A DNA stretch of 21,148 nucleotides from Chlamydiota bacterium (GTDB lineage: Bacteria; Chlamydiota; Chlamydiia; Chlamydiales; SM23-39), in contig JBEHXF010000035.1 of assembly GCA_048498835.1 (NCBI GenBank), forward strand, positions 1 to 21,148, written 5' to 3'. Both the position numbers and the translations under genes were made by a program. The notes beneath the pieces were generated by a model that ran no database searches, had not been told where the DNA came from, and saw only the letters and a list, made by a program, of their open reading frames with translations. Of the stretch, positions 15,443 through 21,148 are shown one piece after another (within the stretch, counting starts at the first letter, position 1; every line of letters starts with the position of its first letter).

Positions 15443-17569
15443 TTAATGAGACTTGATCGACCAAGACTTGAGGAATTTCGGTCCATAGAGTTCATCCACT
15501 TCTTTGAGAATTGCTTTACGGTCTTCCGATAGACCTGCATCGACCCTTTCCAGTGCGGATAGAGTTCGGTTGAGACGCTCCGGATCAATCGCCCGCTCGC
15601 GGATGAAAAGAGCCGGCGTGTAGAGGAGCCAACGGAAATAATCTTGATCTGCACGATCATTCAGATCAGCCGTCAATAATTTAATGAATGCAAAGAAAGA
15701 CGCGTTGAGAGCGGCGCCCGTATCAATCGCATCTTTACAAGTGAAGCTGATCGATGCCGGTTCGATCTCGTCGATCACTTTCAAAATGAGAAAGTGGTAA
15801 AAAATCTCGATAAAGTCTTCTCGATTGCGACGCGTAAGGCTGTTTTTCTTTTCAAAAAAAGCGCGATGAATGAAGGGAAGAGCTTTTTCAGCAAAACGAT
15901 TGAGAGCTTCGTGTTTAAATTGAGGCGGAAGAGTAAAGCCACATTGTTCAGCGTCTTTTAATTGATCTAAGAGCGCCGTTATAAAATCATGGGCCTGATT
16001 AAGATTGAGATATTCGGCATTTTGGTAATAAAAATCGGTCGATTTAGGTAAGGTCAGAAGAGTAAAGACAGCATTGAATTCAGCATTTTTTTGCATCCCT
16101 TCTAAAGCTCGGCAACGGCTACTCTCTTTCCAGGTTGTCCGATCTTGTAAATTGATCATCAAATGGCATCTCGCAGGCTTGGCCGTCTGATAGGAGCGGA
16201 GAAAGCCGCGAAACTCATCTAGAACTTCCGCTTTTTGAATATAGGATTGGCGGGTGGGAGAAGGAATGCGGAGAATTTCGATCGGCATCCCATTTCGATC
16301 CATTTCATAGAGTTTCGACGGCAGGTTATCCTGGCCGATTGGGTCAAATGGAGTGATTTGATCCTCTTCTTCATGGCGAATCAGATCGAGAATTTTAAAG
16401 AGGGGCCCATTGGGAAATTTAGCTAGGAGTTCACGGAAATTTTCATCGTCGTAAAGAAACTGGGTCCAAATACTTTCCCCTTTTTTAGATCCACCTTTCT
16501 TCTCTGTACCCCGTCTCATTGTTCGGTGAATGAGTCCAATCGATTCTTGCTTTACACCGCCGAGACGATGGAAGAAACTATCGCAAAGTGCATGGACGAG
16601 ATGGAGAAGCGTTTGCGCCGCCTTCTCAGTTTGTTCCGGTGGATAAGCGATCCATTTTTGGTACTCAGGCGTTTTCATGGAGCGGCGCAAAAACTTGTGG
16701 AAGTCTTCAAAGTATTGGAGCGAAGTTTTGCCGCTCGAGTTTTGAATTAAATGGCGCGGATTGGAGGCGAGAAACAGAGCGAGTAGGGCGCTGCTGAGCG
16801 AAAGAGCTAAATCATTTTCAGTTACTTTCTTCAAAATTTTGTAAAAGTCGGCAATCGTCGCATGGCAATCGCCTAGAATTTGCCCAGCTGATGCCTGCAG
16901 ATCTCGATCCATCATCGCTCGAACGCGTAAAAGTGGATCCTCTTCAAACGTTTCCCCTTCCGAGTCGAAATCGCAATTGAGACGCATGTGGCGAACGAGA
17001 TCGCGTTTAAAGTAAGGAGTTCCATCTTCGTGGCGAATGTAGAAAAATTCATAATCTTGATCGCGGCGTACGACATCGATGTTACTCAATTCTGATTGGC
17101 TCACATCGTGCGGTTCGGAGCTTTTGACTCTCTTTGAAAAATGGTGCTGATAGAAATGTTGGAGCGCCTGGTATTCAGCCCGCTCAGAAATTTTAGGAAC
17201 CGCTTTTCCCATTCGGAAACTTAAATATTTTTCGAGCCTTGCTGCGGATTCACCGGCGAGAGCCATCATCGCTGCAACGGCCTGAAGCTGCTTCTCATTT
17301 TCCCAATCCATCTCAGGGCTCTCCATGAGGTGGACAAGATGGTGGTGAATCGAACGATAGGTAGCATCTAATACTTCGAGGATCGCTTCGCTCCCCTCTC
17401 CACTCAGCCACTGCACCTCTGTTCCCGCAAACTCCTCTTCATCAGTGACTAAACGGGTACGCTTCAAAATCCCGATGGGCCCTGGAGCGTCGAGATCGAT
17501 CGAGGCGATCGCCGCCAAATTATCCATAGCCTCTTGAATAGGAATATTTTCGCGTAATTTTAAAACCAC
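15443..17569 (-). CDS. Large hypothetical protein with a C-terminal cysteine-phosphatase-like domain (CKDAIDT)
   Basis: 708-aa ORF with GTG start; ISFTCKDAIDTGA at aa 607-619 resembles the CX5R loop of effector phosphoinositide phosphatases. Confidence 0.7.
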   Translation of the reverse strand: MVLKLRENIPIQEAMDNLAAIASIDLDAPGPIGILKRTRLVTDEEEFAGTEVQWLSGEGSEAILEVLDATYRSIHHHLVHLMESPEMDWENEKQLQAVAAMMALAGESAARLEKYLSFRMGKAVPKISERAEYQALQHFYQHHFSKRVKSSEPHDVSQSELSNIDVVRRDQDYEFFYIRHEDGTPYFKRDLVRHMRLNCDFDSEGETFEEDPLLRVRAMMDRDLQASAGQILGDCHATIADFYKILKKVTENDLALSLSSALLALFLASNPRHLIQNSSGKTSLQYFEDFHKFLRRSMKTPEYQKWIAYPPEQTEKAAQTLLHLVHALCDSFFHRLGGVKQESIGLIHRTMRRGTEKKGGSKKGESIWTQFLYDDENFRELLAKFPNGPLFKILDLIRHEEEDQITPFDPIGQDNLPSKLYEMDRNGMPIEILRIPSPTRQSYIQKAEVLDEFRGFLRSYQTAKPARCHLMINLQDRTTWKESSRCRALEGMQKNAEFNAVFTLLTLPKSTDFYYQNAEYLNLNQAHDFITALLDQLKDAEQCGFTLPPQFKHEALNRFAEKALPFIHRAFFEKKNSLTRRNREDFIEIFYHFLILKVIDEIEPASISFTCKDAIDTGAALNASFFAFIKLLTADLNDRADQDYFRWLLYTPALFIRERAIDPERLNRTLSALERVDAGLSEDRKAILKEVDELYGPKFLKSWSIKSH

Positions 17570-17700
17570 AAATAAACCACATTAAATAGTTCTAATTTAA
17601 TTATGATACATACAATATAATTTAATCAATAATAAATGGTTAATTAATTTATTAATTATCTAATAATTAGAGGTTTATCAATAATACTTTCCGGAAAAAC
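17570..17700. promoter_or_regulatory. Very AT-rich divergent promoter region
   Basis: Almost only A/T between 17581 and 17690; minus strand TTGATT-N18-CATAAT. Confidence 0.55.
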
Positions 17701-17734
17701 TAGATTTGCGATAGATCCGTGTTATGAGGCCTGC

Positions 17735-18889
17735 ATGCTATCTTTGATCCGCTCCCTAATCTTACCCCTGACAAGTATGGTCCTCCTGATCATGGCTAGC
17801 GGCTTGTTCAACACCTTTGTCTCAGTCCGCTTAGAAATGGAAAATTATGAACCGGAAATCATCGGCGTCGTCATCTCCGCGCTCTACGCAGGTATTTTAA
17901 TCGGTTCACTGCAAATCGAACGGTTGATCCGCCGTTATGGACACATCCGCTCTTATACCCTGTTCGCCCTCGTTTCAACCCTTGTCGTCTTCTTGCAGAG
18001 CCTCTGGGTCGATCCTTGGTTTTGGTCTGCGCTTCGGTTAATCGGCGGTATCTGTATGGCGGGAGTTTTCGTCGTTATTGAGAGCTGGCTTCTCATTGAA
18101 GCAACACCCAAAACACGAGGCGCTATTCTCTCGATCTATCTCGCTGTTTTTTATGGCGCCCTCTCACTCGGTCAATTCCTCATCAATTGCTCCGATCCAA
18201 TGGGAAAAGGCCCCATCTATATTACTGCTGTTCTCTGCGCCCTATCTGTTCTTCCTCTCTACTACAATCGCATTAAAGAACCGAAGATTGCAGAATCTGA
18301 CCGGCTCAGCATGTCAGAACTCTTTCGCCTTTCGCCCCACGGATTTTTCGGGGGCGTGATCTCAGGCATGATTTTAGCGGCTATCTACGGACTCGTTCCT
18401 GTCTTTGCTAAAGAGATCGGCCTATCGATTGCTCAGATCGGAAATCTCATGGCGATCATCATCTTCGGCGGTCTCAGCCTGCAGTGGCCCCTCGGCCGTT
18501 GGGCAGATCGGGGAGATCGGCGCATCATCCTCAATATAGCGAGCTTTCTTTCTGCGCTTGTCGCCCTTGGCATCGCTCTGATCGATCACGAATCGCTCCC
18601 CCTTCTCTTTCTCTTAGCGGCGATCTTCGGCGGATTCTCTTTCACACTCTATCCCCTCAGCATGGCCTATACCTGTGAAAAAGTACTCGATTCACAAATC
18701 GTCGCAGCGACAGGCGGCTTTGTCCTCTCCTACGGAATTGGCGCGATTGCAGGACCTCTCCTCGCACCTTTTGCGATGGAATGGTTTGGCTCTCCCGGCT
18801 TATTTTATTTCCTTGCAGCAATATCACTTTCTTTGGGAATATTTGGCCTCAAAAAGCCACTCCCGGAAGAAAATGTCGATAGAGACTGA
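17735..18889 (+). CDS. MFS transporter (YcaD-like)
   Basis: About 12 hydrophobic segments; RRYGHIR, VVIESWLL, QWPLGRWADRGDRR, FTLYPLS, GAIAGPL. Confidence 0.92.
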   Translation: MLSLIRSLILPLTSMVLLIMASGLFNTFVSVRLEMENYEPEIIGVVISALYAGILIGSLQIERLIRRYGHIRSYTLFALVSTLVVFLQSLWVDPWFWSALRLIGGICMAGVFVVIESWLLIEATPKTRGAILSIYLAVFYGALSLGQFLINCSDPMGKGPIYITAVLCALSVLPLYYNRIKEPKIAESDRLSMSELFRLSPHGFFGGVISGMILAAIYGLVPVFAKEIGLSIAQIGNLMAIIIFGGLSLQWPLGRWADRGDRRIILNIASFLSALVALGIALIDHESLPLLFLLAAIFGGFSFTLYPLSMAYTCEKVLDSQIVAATGGFVLSYGIGAIAGPLLAPFAMEWFGSPGLFYFLAAISLSLGIFGLKKPLPEENVDRD

Positions 18890-19784
18890 CTTTACCAACC
18901 TCTATTCCTACTCTGAACCTTGCTTTGAACACCGAGAAGCCGCTCCCTTCAATGAGTTGATCCTCTCGTGGAATGGTACGAGACCTTCTCAAGGTGAATG
19001 GATCTTTCATGTCAGCCTCTACCAAAATGGACAGTGGTCTCCTTGGCTTCCATACGCTAAGTGGTCAAAAGAAGATCAGCGGACATTTAAAGTCTCTCCT
19101 CACAACAGCTTTGCCCAAACCTATCAAGACGCCGTATCTCCCAAAGAAGGCTTCTGCACAGGCTTCCGCGTTCAGATCGAAGGATCTGAGCTCGAGAAAA
19201 TCAAAAATATTTGGGTCTCCTGTTCAAATACCAAGGCATTTAAACCCTCGTCGCTTCAAAAATGGGAAGCAGCCCCACCAATCCCCCTTTTAGGGCTCTC
19301 CCAAATGAGACTCGATCATCCTCGCCATCGCGATCTCTGCTCTCCCACCTCCACAACCAATGTGATTAACTATCTCGCCCAAACCAAGCTCAATCCTCTC
19401 GATTTTGCAGCCCGCTCACATGACAATCAGTTCGATATCTACGGCAATTGGATTCTCAACACGGCAGCTGCTTGCGAAGCCCTGCAAGGCCACCATCACG
19501 CCTACGTCACTCGCCTCAATAGTTTCGAAGCTCTCCTTGCCCAGCTGCGCAAAGGCTTGCCCGTCGTGGTCAGTGTAAAAGGAACTATCGAGGGAGCGCC
19601 TCAACCTTATCCAAACGGTCATCTCCTGTGTGTTACAGGTTACGACGCCGAAAAGCAAACAGTGCTCTGTGTCGATTCAGCTTGTCTGCAAGATGAGCAA
19701 ACTACCATCGCCTATCCTCTTCAGAGCTTTCTCACCGCTTGGGAGACCCGCCTCCGTCTCGCCTACCTCTTCGACCGCCAATAA
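18873..19784 (+). CDS. C39-like (papain-fold) cysteine peptidase with an N-terminal beta domain
   Basis: SQM..DLCSPTS (Gln/Cys), YGNWILN, GLPVVVSV, GHLLCVTGYD, CVDSA. The start is probably ATG 18873 (MSIETDF), overlapping the MFS stop, not 18675. Confidence 0.85.
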   Translation: MSIETDFTNLYSYSEPCFEHREAAPFNELILSWNGTRPSQGEWIFHVSLYQNGQWSPWLPYAKWSKEDQRTFKVSPHNSFAQTYQDAVSPKEGFCTGFRVQIEGSELEKIKNIWVSCSNTKAFKPSSLQKWEAAPPIPLLGLSQMRLDHPRHRDLCSPTSTTNVINYLAQTKLNPLDFAARSHDNQFDIYGNWILNTAAACEALQGHHHAYVTRLNSFEALLAQLRKGLPVVVSVKGTIEGAPQPYPNGHLLCVTGYDAEKQTVLCVDSACLQDEQTTIAYPLQSFLTAWETRLRLAYLFDRQ

Positions 19785-19799
19785 AAAAGAAAAGAAATC

Positions 19800-20050
19800 C
19801 GCACGAAGCGTGCGAAAAAAATTCACCCCAGAGAATCATCGAGGCGGAGGGCTTCTCTCCGCTATCCTGTCGCCGCGTTTGCGGCGATCCTGCCCGGCGT
19901 TTCGCCGGATCTTTGTTATTTCTCTTTTTTGGGGTGCGGGGCTTCCCCGCCTCTGTGGTGGTCTATCTCTGTGGTGAATTTTTCGAATCGGGCACGAGCA
20001 CGGCCGCTTCGCGTTTCTCTTTTTTCTCGGTGCTCTGGGTGTTAAATTTT
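19800..20050. repeat. Multi-hairpin palindromic element between convergent genes (MITE/REP-like or structured RNA)
   Basis: Terminal IR AAAAATTCACCCCAGAGA / TCTCTGTGGTGAATTTTT (17/18) encloses four hairpins; followed by a copy of the CGGGCACG motif. Confidence 0.8.
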
Positions 20051-20071
20051 TTAGGATCTAGACGATGAAGC

Positions 20072-20446
20072 TTAGGACTGGCCGGTATCGCGGCGAAATT
20101 CGAGATAATTCGTTGTGAAAGCAACCGCCCACACAATCGAACCGCCGACAATCACACCGATAGGACTGACCACTTTGATCCCAAACGGGACAAATGAAAT
20201 GACGATGAAAGAGAGAAAACTGATAATTCCAGTCAAAATCGCGATCTTCAGTTTATTTGGATTGAGCTCTAAGATCGTTAGAAAAGGAAATACGGAAGCA
20301 TTTAAAAAACCGACAATCCCCGAAAAGAGAATGTCGGCTCCCACATCGGGTACGCGCTGATAGTAACTCACTTCTACGCCCGGCGCAATCCGATCGACGA
20401 AAAAAACAGCCAGAGCAATGAGAAGAAAGCTGCGAAAGTAGTTCAT
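20072..20446 (-). CDS. Phage holin superfamily IV / YvlD-like 4-TM membrane protein
   Basis: Four hydrophobic segments; IAPGVEV, VGFLNASVFP, VPFGIKV. Confidence 0.75.
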   Translation of the reverse strand: MNYFRSFLLIALAVFFVDRIAPGVEVSYYQRVPDVGADILFSGIVGFLNASVFPFLTILELNPNKLKIAILTGIISFLSFIVISFVPFGIKVVSPIGVIVGGSIVWAVAFTTNYLEFRRDTGQS

Positions 20447-20886
20447 TCGTGGGTCTTGTGTTCATGGTGTACATGGTGAATCACAGGCTCATCAACCTTA
20501 TGGTGAATGTGAGCGTTGCTCTTCATTTCACTATAATTTAATAACAAACTGCCGATCGAAACGACGCAAGAAGCGAGCAAGTACCCTTCTACCGTCATCA
20601 CCTGAATTCCGATCGGGATCAGTTTCATAATCGCATAAGCAATGAGGTTCAATGCGAAGCAAGCCACCGCAAGACGAGCAATCGTCACTGGATGGAGAAA
20701 TTTCTTTAAGATAGGGTAGATCAAGGAGTTCAGAAAACCTAAGCCAAGCGCAAACAGAAAATCGCCGCCTAAATGGGGCAATTTCGTCAGATCGATCACT
20801 TCAATTCCAGGTAACACATGGTTTGCAAAAAAGACGACTAGGAAGTTGAAAAACAGACACTTAAGATACTTGATAGCAGTTTTCAT
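20443..20886 (-). CDS. Phage holin superfamily IV / YvlD-like 4-TM membrane protein with a His-rich tail
   Basis: VLPGIEV, LGFLNSLIYPILK, IPIGIQV; start probably ATG 20886 (alternative 20895); ATGA overlap with the paralog. Confidence 0.75.
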   Translation of the reverse strand: MKTAIKYLKCLFFNFLVVFFANHVLPGIEVIDLTKLPHLGGDFLFALGLGFLNSLIYPILKKFLHPVTIARLAVACFALNLIAYAIMKLIPIGIQVMTVEGYLLASCVVSIGSLLLNYSEMKSNAHIHHKVDEPVIHHVHHEHKTHE

Positions 20887-21148
20887 TGGACCCATCCCTT
20901 CTATCTCGATGTTAAATAAACAATTTAAACTTTTCAAGGTTCTCACGAATCTGGTTCAATTGTAGGTCATGAATCGCCTTCTCTATTTTTTCCTAGCTCT
21001 TTTAGCTGCATGTAGTTCCCCGCCGCCCCAGACTCAGACAAAAGAATTGAAGATTTGCTTTTCGGTCTACCCTTCAACCCTAGATCCACGCACTTGTAAT
21101 GATTTTATCTCCTCTACCTTGGTCTGCCTGGTCTACGAAGGACTAACC

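Noticed and set aside
18675..18872. Extended N-terminus of the peptidase ORF
   Set aside because: Overlaps the MFS coding region by about 200 nt; ATG 18873 is more plausible
19813..19985. Possible tRNA or tmRNA
   Set aside because: Multi-branched, but has no TTCGAA T-loop inside a proper arm, no D-loop and no CCA, and the stem sizes do not fit
19630..20151. ORFs of 115, 109 and 62 aa across the palindromic spacer
   Set aside because: They arise from GC-rich repeats, overlap real genes and have no protein-like features
20072..20895. Prophage lysis cassette
   Set aside because: No endolysin, integrase or structural phage genes; this family is commonly chromosomal

Overview
This window looks like chromosomal DNA from an environmental member of the Chlamydiae (inferred from gene content and order). 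From left to right it holds: the 5' part of hemL (minus strand, missed by the ORF track); a tamA-tamB pair; an AT-richer islet with an amber-interrupted orphan ORF, a 394-aa orphan with an internal duplication and an ankyrin protein; a four-gene type III secretion translocon operon (unknown, SycD/LcrH chaperone, CopB/YopB-like, CopD/YopD-like); mlaE-mlaF-mlaD; a histidine phosphatase; a 708-aa protein with a degenerate CX5R phosphatase-like loop; an MFS transporter; a C39-like peptidase; and two tandem 4-TM holin-family genes. The most notable observations are: (i) the first translocon gene has an LcrV/PcrV/Bsp22-like C-terminal helix and sits in the lcrV position, so it is a candidate needle-tip protein, and it lies behind a sigma54-like promoter; (ii) related, nested palindromic or tandem-repeat elements fill the spacers at 11.6, 15.4 and 19.9 kb; (iii) a CKDAIDT motif suggests a SidP-like pseudo-phosphatase; (iv) a 144-codon ORF is split by a single TAG; (v) CGATCG is enriched outside the islet. 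All assignments come from manual reading and recalled motifs; no database searches were run.
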